From Bdellovibrionales bacterium (GTDB lineage: Bacteria; Bdellovibrionota; Bdellovibrionia; Bdellovibrionales; UBA1609): DNA of 28,578 nucleotides. This document shows, piece by piece, positions 1-9,950 of this stretch. Each line of letters begins with the position of its first letter. Position 1 is the first letter of the stretch. Both the position numbers and the translations under genes were made by a program. The notes under the pieces are model-generated. The model made no database searches. It saw only the letters and a list, made by a program, of their open reading frames with translations, and was not told the origin of the DNA. Location of the stretch: the NCBI GenBank assembly GCA_050246815.1, contig JBFWVI010000029.1, forward strand, positions 1-28,578, written 5' to 3'.

Positions 1-1367
<1,367 letters not shown>

Positions 1368-1430
1368 TTTTTTGACCCCCAGGTGATGAAAAATGACCCT
1401 CATTTCATTGCCCAGCTAGGAGTCATTAAT

Positions 1431-1784
1431 ATGTTTAGCAATCTTGTGGCCCTTTTCTTAAGCAGCACGGCTTTCGCGCAAGAAGCCGCGCCTGTCGGCA
1501 ACGCCGCCAAACCGTCGATGCTTGAGACCTTCATGCCCTTCATTTTTGTGTTGGTGATCTTTTACTTTCTGTTGATCCGCCCCCAGGGCAAACGCGCCAA
1601 AGCTCACCAGGACTTTTTGGCCAGTTTAAAACGCGGTGATTCGGTTTTGACCTCGGGTGGTCTTCTGGGCACCATAGAGGGTCTGACTGAGCGCTTTGTG
1701 ACCCTGCAAGTGGCTGACGGAGTGAAAATCCGCGTGCTGCGCACCCAAATCGCCGGCCCAATGGAAGAGGAAAAGAAAGCATGA
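1431..1784 (+). CDS. yajC: Preprotein translocase subunit YajC
   Basis: FYFLLIRPQ...LKRGDSVLTSGGLLGTI motif. AGGAG RBS 8 nt before ATG 1431. Lies between tgt and secD. Confidence 0.95.
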   Translation: MFSNLVALFLSSTAFAQEAAPVGNAAKPSMLETFMPFIFVLVIFYFLLIRPQGKRAKAHQDFLASLKRGDSVLTSGGLLGTIEGLTERFVTLQVADGVKIRVLRTQIAGPMEEEKKA

Positions 1785-3496
1785 CTCTCAAAGTAAGAGC
1801 GACCATCGCGATTTTAATTTTAATTGGCGTTTTGATCAAAGTGGCGCCCAACTTCACTGACTTTGGTGGACGCTGGTGGCCCGCCACAGGCAAAATCGTT
1901 TACGGCCTGGATATTCAGGGCGGCGTGCATTTGGTCATGGGCATCGACACTGAAACGGTCATGGCGCAAAAGCTGACCCGCACCGCACGCACTTTGCAAG
2001 ACGAGTTCAAAACGGCGGGCATCGGTGTCAAAGAAATCGTTGTGACGGACCCGAAGGCCTTCACTATGAAGGTCGTCTTGGAGTCGGCGGCCGACGAAAC
2101 CAAAGCCGTCGAAGTGATCGATAAGAACTACAAAAACTTCCTGCAAGTCTTGAACACGGGTGGCGGCGAAATTGCCACCAAGGTTTATGAGACGCAAGTG
2201 ACCGAAATGCGCAAGCAGGTTTTGGATCAAGCCATTGGCGTGATACGCAACCGGATTGACGAGTTCGGCGTGGCTGAACCCAGCATTCAAGCGCAGGGCG
2301 ACAATCGCATTCTGGTGCAGCTGCCCGGGATCAACGATTCCGCCAATGCGAAAGACTTGATCAATCGCACCGCGCGCCTGGAATTTAAGATCGTCAGCCA
2401 AGAACTGGGCAAAGAAGGTGGCAGCCTGGCCGAGATGATCACCGAAGCGGAAACGAAGGGTGGTTTTAAGCTCACCGACGACAAAATGACCTACGCGGCC
2501 TATCTTAAAAAATTAAATGAAGCCTTAAAAGACAAATTGCCCGCCAACACCGTGGTGGCGTTTGAAAAAGCGCCCAATGCCAAGACCCTGGAAGCCGGCA
2601 AAATTCCCATGTTGCTTAAAACCGACAACACCATCGGTGGTGATTTGTTGGATGATGCTTTTGTGACCTACGATGATCGCGGCAATCCGCAGGTGGCCTT
2701 TCGCTTCGGTGTTGAAGGTGGGCGTCGCTTTGGAGAGCTGACCGAAGCCAATATCGGCCAGTTATTGGCCATCGTTTTGGACGATGTGGTGCAATCGGCC
2801 CCTGTCATTCAAAGTAAAATCACCGACAACGGCGTGATCAACCTGAACCGCGGTAATATGGAAGAGACCTTCAACGAAGCAAAATTCATCTCGACCACTC
2901 TGCGTGCGGGCGCTTTACCAGCCGCTTTGGAGCAACTGGAAGAGCGAACAGTCGGCCCCACCTTGGGCGCGGATGCCATCGCCAAAGCTAAAATGTCGGG
3001 CTATATCGTGCTTCTGACGATCTGGATTTTTATGACCCTTTATTACGGCTGGCTGGGTTTTGTTTCGGGCGTCGGTCTGCTGTTGAACGTGGTCTGCTTG
3101 TTGGCGTTGCTGACGGGTTTGGGCGCAACACTGACTTTGCCCGGTGTGGCCGGCATGATCTTGACCATGGGCATGGCGATTGATTCGAACGTGATTATCT
3201 TTGAGCGCATACGCGAGGAGTACGCCAAAGGCTCAAGTTGGAAAATGGCGGTCAATGACGGCTTTCAAAACGCGTATTCGGCGATCATCGATTCAAACTT
3301 GGTCGGTGCGGGCGTTGCCCTGATTCTTTATTACTACGGCACGGGGCCGGTGCGTGGTTTTGCGGTGACGATGCTCGCGGGTATCGCGACTTCAATGTAC
3401 ACCGCCGTGTTTTTGTCGAAAATCGCCATTGAAGTTATCGGCGATCGCATTCACTGGAAAAAACAAGTCGCCCACAATCGGAGCGCCACTGTATGA
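1781..3496 (+). CDS. secD: Protein translocase subunit SecD
   Basis: GLDIQGG, IRNRIDEFGVAEP, VGPTLG and GMAIDSNVIIFERIREE motifs; C-terminal TM helices; ATGA overlap with yajC. Confidence 0.97.
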   Translation: MTLKVRATIAILILIGVLIKVAPNFTDFGGRWWPATGKIVYGLDIQGGVHLVMGIDTETVMAQKLTRTARTLQDEFKTAGIGVKEIVVTDPKAFTMKVVLESAADETKAVEVIDKNYKNFLQVLNTGGGEIATKVYETQVTEMRKQVLDQAIGVIRNRIDEFGVAEPSIQAQGDNRILVQLPGINDSANAKDLINRTARLEFKIVSQELGKEGGSLAEMITEAETKGGFKLTDDKMTYAAYLKKLNEALKDKLPANTVVAFEKAPNAKTLEAGKIPMLLKTDNTIGGDLLDDAFVTYDDRGNPQVAFRFGVEGGRRFGELTEANIGQLLAIVLDDVVQSAPVIQSKITDNGVINLNRGNMEETFNEAKFISTTLRAGALPAALEQLEERTVGPTLGADAIAKAKMSGYIVLLTIWIFMTLYYGWLGFVSGVGLLLNVVCLLALLTGLGATLTLPGVAGMILTMGMAIDSNVIIFERIREEYAKGSSWKMAVNDGFQNAYSAIIDSNLVGAGVALILYYYGTGPVRGFAVTMLAGIATSMYTAVFLSKIAIEVIGDRIHWKKQVAHNRSATV

Positions 3497-4443
3497 CAAG
3501 CAAACTAGATAAAAAAAGCTCGGGTCCGGATCCTGGTAAAATCAACTTTAACGGCTTGGCTAAAATCTTTGTGCCATTGTCCGCTTTTTTGGTGATCGCG
3601 AGCCTGGTGGCCATTTTCACCATCGAATTCCAGTACGGCGTTGAATTTGCCGGCGGCACCGAAGTTCAAGTGCAATTTCAACAGCCCCTTCCGGCTGAAA
3701 AACTGCGCAGCTTTATGAATGACTTGGGTTATCAGAATGCCTCGATCCAGTCTTTTGAAAAGGGCAACGAGTTTCTGATTCGCATCGACCCGGTTCATGG
3801 CGCCACGGAAAAAGAGACCAATGCGGCTTTGCAAGACACCATCAAAAAACTAACCGAAGGCCTGAGCAAAAGTTTCAGCGGTGAACAACCCAGTATCCAG
3901 CGCGTCGACACGGTCGGCCCCCAGGTGGGCAGTGAATTGAAGCGCAACGGGATTTTGGCAGCTTTTTATAGTCTCTTGATGATCTTGGTCTATATCGGTC
4001 TTCGTTTTGACTACAAATACGCACCAGGCGCGGTTTTTTGTTTGTTCCATGATTCTATTTTGATCTTGGGACTGTATTCGATCTTTCGTTGGGAAATGAA
4101 CGTGCAGATCATGGCGGCAGTGCTGACCATCATCGGTTATTCAATGAACGACACCATCGTTGTCTTTGACCGTATCCGCGAAAACGAAAAACTTTATCGC
4201 GATAAGAGCTTCGCGTGGGTCAGCAATCGCTCGATGAATGACGTGTTGACGCGAACCATTTTAACTTCGCTGACGACGTTTTTCTCGGTGGTGATCATGT
4301 GGGCTTTGGCCGGGGGCGTGATTCGCGACTTTGCCATGACTATGGCGATCGGGATTATCATTGGTTCTTACTCCACTATCTTTGTCGCCACTCCACTGGT
4401 GATTTGGTTCGATAAGCTTGAACGATCCAAACAGCGCGCTTAA
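3493..4443 (+). CDS. secF: Protein translocase subunit SecF
   Basis: GVEFAGG, VGPQVGSEL and IIGYSMNDTIVVFDRIRE motifs; ATGA overlap with secD. Confidence 0.97.
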   Translation: MTSKLDKKSSGPDPGKINFNGLAKIFVPLSAFLVIASLVAIFTIEFQYGVEFAGGTEVQVQFQQPLPAEKLRSFMNDLGYQNASIQSFEKGNEFLIRIDPVHGATEKETNAALQDTIKKLTEGLSKSFSGEQPSIQRVDTVGPQVGSELKRNGILAAFYSLLMILVYIGLRFDYKYAPGAVFCLFHDSILILGLYSIFRWEMNVQIMAAVLTIIGYSMNDTIVVFDRIRENEKLYRDKSFAWVSNRSMNDVLTRTILTSLTTFFSVVIMWALAGGVIRDFAMTMAIGIIIGSYSTIFVATPLVIWFDKLERSKQRA

Positions 4444-6160
4444 TCCGATCTGGCAGGCTCGGGTGCAAACCCCGCCTGCCGCGCCGCTGACGATTCCTGG
4501 TTTGATTTGGCAAACCCTTTACGCCCGTGGGCCTCGTACCGCAGACGATGTTCAATCTTGCTTAAAACCGACGCTGCAAACATTACGCTCGCCTTTTTTA
4601 CTGCGAAACATGGCCAAAGCCGTGGAGCGTTTAGTGCAAGCCTTTCAAAATCAAGAGCCTCTTTGTATCTATGCTGATTTTGATTTGGATGGAACTTCGG
4701 GGTTAGCTCTGTTGAAAACCGGCCTTGAGCAACTGGGCTTTCAAAACGTTATGGGCTATCAGCCGCGGCGTTTGGCCGAGGGCTACGGCGTGCATGTCTT
4801 GGCGGTGCGTGAAATTTTTGAAGGTGGCACTAAGCTGTTGGTGACCGTGGATGTGGGCACCACCGCGCACGAGGCCTTGGCAGAAGCGAAGCGACTTGGA
4901 ATGGATGTGATCGTGACCGATCACCATTTGCCCCATGGCGAGTTGCCCGAGGCCTTTGCCTTAATCAATCCCAATCAGGGAAATTGTGAGTCGGGTCTGG
5001 GGCATTTGGCGGGTGTGGGTGTTGCTTTTTACCTTTTGCTGGCCGTGCGTTCTCGTTTACGTGAGATGAATTTAGGCCAAAGCCAATTTGATCCTAAAGA
5101 GCTTTTGGATTTTTTTGTGATTGGCACACTCACCGACATGGTGCCCTTGAAAGATGAAAATCGGCCTTTGGTGCGTCATGGTCTGCAGATGTTGGCCAAG
5201 ACCAAGCGGGCGGGACTACGCGCTTTATTGGATCATTTGGACTTGAGCGGGCGTCCACTGACCAGTCAAGACGTGGCCATCAAGTTTTCACCCAAACTCA
5301 ATGCCTTAAGCCGTTTGGAGTCTGAGATCCGTCCGATTGATATGTTTTTGGTTCAAGACGCAGAACAGGCCGATCGCATGGCCGTGGAAGTATTGGCGTG
5401 CAATCAGCGTCGTGTGGAAATTCAGCGTTTGGCCGAAGCCAAGGCGCGTGCGCAGGTGCAGTTGCAGCAAGCGAGGTCTTGCTTTTTCACTTGGAGCGAA
5501 GAATTTCACCGGGGCGTCGTTGGTTTGGTGGCGACCAAGTTGGCCCAAGAGTTCGATCGTCCGGCCTTTGTGGGGGCCGTGGATGAAAAAGGCCGCATTG
5601 TCGGCTCGGCTCGGTTGCCAGGTCAAAAAGGTGAGTTGTCTTTGGTCGATGCGCTAGAAAGCGCCAGTGATGAGCTGTTGCGCTTTGGCGGCCATGCTCA
5701 GGCGGCGGGGTTTGAAACAGATCTCGAGCGTGCCGAAGCCCTGGGGCAAGCTTTGCATCGCTACTTTCAAGATCAGCCCAAGACAGTTAAACCCCAGCTT
5801 TACGATGCCGAGGGTGATCTGTCCGACATCAATCAAGAGTTGATGCGTTGGCAAGAGGAGCTGGAGCCTTTTGGATCGGCGTTTGAGGTGCCTCTTTATC
5901 GTCTTCGTGGGGCCCGAGTGCACACCATCAAAGAGCTTAAGGGTGGTCACTTGCGCCTGGAGCTTGAGTCCCTGAAGACGAGTGAGAAGAAAAATGCCAT
6001 CTGGTTTTCTCCGCCTTCGGGGGCTGTAGGGCAGTTGCAGCAGGATGGGAATCGTAGTTACGAGCTTTTGGCCGAACCCCAGTGGAATTACTTTCAAGGA
6101 CGAAAAACCCTTCAGCTGCTATTAAAGGCCCTTAGGCCTGATTCTTTAGCCAATTCTTGA
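4418..6160 (+). CDS. recJ: Single-stranded-DNA-specific exonuclease RecJ (DHH family)
   Basis: YADFDLDG, TVDVG, TDHH, LAGVGVAF, GTLTDMVPL, HRGVVGLVA, GSAR and GGHAQAAG motifs. TTG start is uncertain (overlaps the end of secF). Confidence 0.93.
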   Translation: MNDPNSALNPIWQARVQTPPAAPLTIPGLIWQTLYARGPRTADDVQSCLKPTLQTLRSPFLLRNMAKAVERLVQAFQNQEPLCIYADFDLDGTSGLALLKTGLEQLGFQNVMGYQPRRLAEGYGVHVLAVREIFEGGTKLLVTVDVGTTAHEALAEAKRLGMDVIVTDHHLPHGELPEAFALINPNQGNCESGLGHLAGVGVAFYLLLAVRSRLREMNLGQSQFDPKELLDFFVIGTLTDMVPLKDENRPLVRHGLQMLAKTKRAGLRALLDHLDLSGRPLTSQDVAIKFSPKLNALSRLESEIRPIDMFLVQDAEQADRMAVEVLACNQRRVEIQRLAEAKARAQVQLQQARSCFFTWSEEFHRGVVGLVATKLAQEFDRPAFVGAVDEKGRIVGSARLPGQKGELSLVDALESASDELLRFGGHAQAAGFETDLERAEALGQALHRYFQDQPKTVKPQLYDAEGDLSDINQELMRWQEELEPFGSAFEVPLYRLRGARVHTIKELKGGHLRLELESLKTSEKKNAIWFSPPSGAVGQLQQDGNRSYELLAEPQWNYFQGRKTLQLLLKALRPDSLANS

Positions 6161-6185
6161 ATGCGGCGCGTCCTTGCGCTATAAG
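6157..6185 (+). promoter_or_regulatory. Putative sigma70 promoter for the basic protein-queC-DUF366 unit
   Basis: TTGAAT (6157-6162), 17 nt spacer, TATAAG (6180-6185); GAGAGG RBS follows before ATG 6207. Confidence 0.5.
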
Positions 6186-6206
6186 GCCTCAAAACGAGAG
6201 GCTTTT

Positions 6207-6638
6207 ATGAAAACGTTAAAAAAGAAGATCAAAGCACAGGCCACCGCCGCCAAAGCCAATCTGGACGCCGCCATATTAGGGCTCAGAAATGCCAGCCTTG
6301 AGCAGCTAATGGACAAACTTGAAGACACCAAAGCTCGTTTAGAAAAAGATCGTGATTTGGCTTGGAACATCGCCACAGGTGTTTTAGCCAAGGTCAAGGC
6401 GGTGCGTGAGTCGATGAACGCCAGTGCCGCTACCGAAGTGAAAGCAAAAAAGCGCCAGATCAGCAAAAAAGCCAAATCGGCGATGCGCAAAACCAAAACT
6501 TTAGTGGTCAAAACTCGCATCAAATCAAAAGCCGTGGCCAAAAAAATCAAATTGGCCACTGGCAAAAAAACGAAAAAGTCGCAGGTTAAAAAGTCAACTT
6601 CGCGCCGTGCGCGTTTAAGCCGCTCGGCCCGCGCTTAG
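6207..6638 (+). CDS. Hypothetical lysine/alanine-rich basic protein (helical N-half, histone-H1-like tail)
   Basis: 143 aa from ATG 6207 with GAGAGG RBS. The last 66 aa contain 28 K/R and no D/E (hand count). Fills the gap between recJ and queC on the same strand. Confidence 0.8.
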   Translation: MKTLKKKIKAQATAAKANLDAAILGLRNASLEQLMDKLEDTKARLEKDRDLAWNIATGVLAKVKAVRESMNASAATEVKAKKRQISKKAKSAMRKTKTLVVKTRIKSKAVAKKIKLATGKKTKKSQVKKSTSRRARLSRSARA

Positions 6639-6649
6639 CCGAGGGGTTT

Positions 6650-7357
6650 ATGGCTCGCACCAAGGCCGTTGTACTACTTTCAGGTGGGTTGGACTCAGCC
6701 TTTAACTTGTGGCAGGCACCACGTGACTATGATGTTGTGCGAGCTTTGACTTTCGACTACGGCCAGCGCGCGGCCCAAAGCGAAATCAGCACAGCAAAAA
6801 AACTTTGCGCTCGGCTGAAGGTTTCACATCAGGTGATCGAATTGCCATGGTTTCGTGATTTCACCCACACTTCTTTGGTGAACACAAAAGAAAATGTGCC
6901 GGTGGGACATCAGGTGTCCATTGACCAATTGGCAGAATCGCAAGAAACCGCCAAAGCGGTTTGGGTGCCCAATCGCAATGGCATTTTTTTAAACATCGCC
7001 GCCGCTTACGCCGAAGGTTTGGGGGCGCAAGTGGTGCTGACGGGTTTCAATGCGGAAGAGGCCGTGACCTTTCCCGATAATTCGATTCCTTATCTTGAAT
7101 CCTTAAACCACGCCTTTTCTTTTTCAACAGCCAATCAAGTGCGAGTGCAAAGTTATTGCGCGAACCTAAGCAAAACCCAAATCGTCGCAGAAGCGCGCCA
7201 TATCGGTTTGCCTTTGGACATGGTGTGGCCCTGCTATTTCAGCGGTGATGAGTGGTGTGGGCAGTGTGAGTCTTGTCAGCGCTTCGCTCGTGCGGTGCGG
7301 GCCGCAAGCATCAGCGCCGGGGCAGACTCTGAAATCACCAATGAGGGCTTCATTTGA
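6650..7357 (+). CDS. queC: 7-cyano-7-deazaguanine synthase QueC (atypical WVPNRN/FPDN subtype)
   Basis: PP-loop LLSGGLDS, TFDYGQR, VPNRN, Zn site CY-x6-WCGQCESC; GAGGGG RBS. Confidence 0.9.
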   Translation: MARTKAVVLLSGGLDSAFNLWQAPRDYDVVRALTFDYGQRAAQSEISTAKKLCARLKVSHQVIELPWFRDFTHTSLVNTKENVPVGHQVSIDQLAESQETAKAVWVPNRNGIFLNIAAAYAEGLGAQVVLTGFNAEEAVTFPDNSIPYLESLNHAFSFSTANQVRVQSYCANLSKTQIVAEARHIGLPLDMVWPCYFSGDEWCGQCESCQRFARAVRAASISAGADSEITNEGFI

Positions 7358-7926
7358 TGAAGGCCCTTTGGTTGGACCGTGAATTTAAATACGATGGCTC
7401 ACAGCTTAGGTCTTTATTCGCCTATTTGGAGCATGGCGTTCTGGGGGATTCGATTGTGGCCTGGCAAGGGCCTTGTGAAGTGACGCTTGAGCACATGGTT
7501 GACGGTGAAGACCAACGTGCGGGTGCCGAAATTCGCGGCGACAAAATGGTCCATTTTATAATCGAAAAATTTGATTGTTCCTTATTGGCGGCGGTGGCGC
7601 TGCAGCGGCTGCTGGCCGCGATCGTGAAAGACGTTGTGCAAGAAAAAGCGCTGTCTTCTGCCACCGCTCAAGTACTTCATCGTGATGGCGATGACATTTA
7701 CCATGGTCAAAATAAATTCAGCATCAGCATCGCCACGGTTTCACCGACCTCGGCGCTGATCCATTTTGCGGTGAATGTGGTCAACGAGGGTACGCCGGTA
7801 CCGACCTTGGCACTGCAAGATTTAAAATTAGACGCGGCCGATTTCGCCAAAACCGTTTTGGATCGATTTACGGCCGAAACTAAATCAGTCGTCCAGGCCA
7901 CGCAGAAGGTGCATTGGGTAAGGTAA
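7357..7926 (+). CDS. DUF366 family protein (BPL/LplA-like fold, function unknown)
   Basis: YDGSQLRSLFAY, GDSIVAWQGPC, HMVDGED, MVHFIIEKFD, QRLL, GDDIY...KFSISIATVSP and IHFAVN match DUF366 as I recall the family. ATG 7357 overlaps the queC stop (TGATG). Confidence 0.85.
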   Translation: MKALWLDREFKYDGSQLRSLFAYLEHGVLGDSIVAWQGPCEVTLEHMVDGEDQRAGAEIRGDKMVHFIIEKFDCSLLAAVALQRLLAAIVKDVVQEKALSSATAQVLHRDGDDIYHGQNKFSISIATVSPTSALIHFAVNVVNEGTPVPTLALQDLKLDAADFAKTVLDRFTAETKSVVQATQKVHWVR

Positions 7927-7977
7927 CGGCTTCTTTTTGTGGGCGCACAGTGCCGTCAGCCCGAATTGATTTCAAAA

Positions 7978-8571
7978 TCAGTTGATCGAAAGCACTTCCT
8001 GAATTTCAGGAATGGCCGATCGCAATCGTGTTTCGATGCCTTGTTTTAAGGTTAGGGTGGAACTGGGGCAGCCCGAGCATGAGCCGTGCATCTCCAGGTA
8101 AACTCGGCCATCCTCGTATTTATAAAAGCTGATATCGCCACCATCCATTGCCACGGCCGGGCGAATCTCGCGTTCCAGAATCATTTTGATTTGTTGGACG
8201 ATTGGTGAATCATCTGACGCGATCGCATTGGATTGGCGTGGGCTAGAGGCCATCTGCGTTGCCATCTCTTCGGTGGTTAAGGGGAGCAAAACAGTTTCGC
8301 CGCGGATCACATGCTCTTCGATCAGATTCGCCAAAGGCTCGGCCAGCACTTGCCAGTCAACCCATTCTTGTTTGGTGACCGTTACGAAGTTTGTGCCGAC
8401 AAATACCCCTGCCGCCCACGGAAAGCCGAAAAGTTTGCGCGCCAAAGGCGAACGCAAAGAGTCTTGGGCATTACTAAATTGAGCGCTTTCACTCGCAATC
8501 TGGCGGTCGGTGATGATGAATTTCATCGCCTGGGGGTTGGGTGTGGCTTCAAAAATCACGATTTGCGACAT
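7978..8571 (-). CDS. Nfu/NifU-type Fe-S cluster carrier (Nfu_N plus NifU C-terminal domain)
   Basis: TPNPQAMKF, SPLARKLF, NFVTVTK, IRPAVAMDGGDI and GSCSGCPSS..TLKQGIE motifs; GGAGG RBS. Confidence 0.92.
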   Translation of the reverse strand: MSQIVIFEATPNPQAMKFIITDRQIASESAQFSNAQDSLRSPLARKLFGFPWAAGVFVGTNFVTVTKQEWVDWQVLAEPLANLIEEHVIRGETVLLPLTTEEMATQMASSPRQSNAIASDDSPIVQQIKMILEREIRPAVAMDGGDISFYKYEDGRVYLEMHGSCSGCPSSTLTLKQGIETRLRSAIPEIQEVLSIN

Positions 8572-8598
8572 GGGGCCTCCGGCCTGAAATACGCCACT

Positions 8599-9861
8599 TT
8601 ATAGCTTATTTCGGTGGCTTTCGCCATGGGAAAGCACGGGATGCCTCATGCTATGTCGATGCAAGTAAGCGATAATGGCCGAAACCACTACGAAAATAGA
8701 GGTCAGCAGGTGAATCGAAGGCTCAAACCCCAAAGTGTCGGCGAGGGATCCGATCGGCAGACCCATGAGCGGTCCCAAAGAGACAAAACAAAGGCCTATG
8801 ACCGAACCCACCCGGCCGCGAAAGCGCTCTTCGACTTCAAGCTGTAAAGACACTGTGATCGACGCAAAAGTCAGATACATAAAAAAGCCGGCCAGCGCCA
8901 TAACCCAAGCCGCACTCATGGGGGTCGGCATATGCGGCACCAAAAAAGTCGTGGCGGCAGCGCCCGGGATACCGACCAAAAGGGCGCGGATGGGAACTTT
9001 GGGCTGGATCACTGCGAAACTCAAGGCGCCAGTCATCGAGCCTAGCGAGGGCAAGGTGAACACCAAACCAAATGTTTGCGCGTCCAAATTGAACTTGGCT
9101 TTTAAGAATGTGCGAAACACCACAGTCAAAAGCGGGAACATTAAGATAATCGTCGCCAGCAGTTGCAACACTTTGTAGCGCAGGCGCGGAGTGTGCGTCA
9201 TGTGGCGAATGCCTGCCACCAGCGCATTCCATTGGCCCGAAGCGATTTCACTGCTTCTGCGTTTTGCATGTTCCAAGTTGATGGTTCCCAACACCAACGT
9301 CAGTCCCAAATAGGTCAGTCCATCGAATAAAAAAACAGTCGATGGCCCATGCATGGTCATCAGCAGACCGGCCATGGCCGGGCCCATCATGCGCGAGAAG
9401 TGAAAATTGGTGGAGTTTAGCGCCAACGCTTGTTGAAAATCTTGGCGTGGCACCAGGCGCACCGTTAAAGCTTGGTACGCCGGCGAGTCGAAGGCGTTGA
9501 CGACTCCTTCCATCAGGGCGAACACCAAAAGGTGCCAGTACTGCACATGGCCGAACTGCACCATGGCGGCCAAACCCAAAGCGATCAGTCCCAATAAAAA
9601 TTTGGTCCCCATCATCAGTCGGCGCACATCGATCCGGTCGACCAAAACGCCGCCATGCAGGATCAAAAACAAACCGGGCAAGGCGGTGGCCAGCAGCAGG
9701 CCACCCAAGGCCGTGGCGGACTCCATCATCGACAAGATGATCCAGGCCCGCGCAAGATCCGCAGCCCAACTGCCGGTCAAAGAAAGGGTTTGAACGAAGA
9801 AAAAGCGGCGAAAATTTTGATGCTTGAACGGTGATAGCCGGTTCAACAGCAATTGATACAT
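8599..9861 (-). CDS. MFS transporter (EntS/MFS_3-like H+ antiporter type)
   Basis: About 12 hydrophobic segments; GGVLVDRIDVRRLM motif A, NAFDSPAYQA and FRGRV. Start at ATG 9861 preferred over 9936. Confidence 0.88.
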   Translation of the reverse strand: MYQLLLNRLSPFKHQNFRRFFFVQTLSLTGSWAADLARAWIILSMMESATALGGLLLATALPGLFLILHGGVLVDRIDVRRLMMGTKFLLGLIALGLAAMVQFGHVQYWHLLVFALMEGVVNAFDSPAYQALTVRLVPRQDFQQALALNSTNFHFSRMMGPAMAGLLMTMHGPSTVFLFDGLTYLGLTLVLGTINLEHAKRRSSEIASGQWNALVAGIRHMTHTPRLRYKVLQLLATIILMFPLLTVVFRTFLKAKFNLDAQTFGLVFTLPSLGSMTGALSFAVIQPKVPIRALLVGIPGAAATTFLVPHMPTPMSAAWVMALAGFFMYLTFASITVSLQLEVEERFRGRVGSVIGLCFVSLGPLMGLPIGSLADTLGFEPSIHLLTSIFVVVSAIIAYLHRHSMRHPVLSHGESHRNKL

Positions 9862-9888
9862 GAGACAACGATTATCCGCGAGTTTGAC

Positions 9889-9917
9889 TTGCTTTAGAAG
9901 CCCAATCTGATTAGTTT
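9889..9917 (+). promoter_or_regulatory. Putative sigma70 promoter for the fbaB-lysS operon
   Basis: TTGCTT (9889-9894), 17 nt, TAGTTT (9912-9917) in the divergent intergenic region; GAGGA RBS before ATG 9951. Confidence 0.35.
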
Positions 9918-9950
9918 TTTCGCTCCAAACGCCCATTTTCAGAGGAACTT

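Noticed and set aside
6160..6650. preQ1 riboswitch upstream of queC
   Set aside because: Intergenic gaps are only 46 and 11 nt and contain no recognisable preQ1 aptamer stem-loop with A-rich tail.
6650..7357. QueC as part of a known defence or DNA-modification system (type IV CBASS, QatABCD, dpd)
   Set aside because: No CD-NTase, TatD, P-loop ATPase or DpdA neighbour. The tgt is a canonical tRNA enzyme beside queA, and neither neighbour begins with the N-terminal Gly used in known deazaguanylation.
7927..7977. Terminator between the convergent DUF366 and nfu genes
   Set aside because: Only short interrupted stems with no properly placed U-tract.
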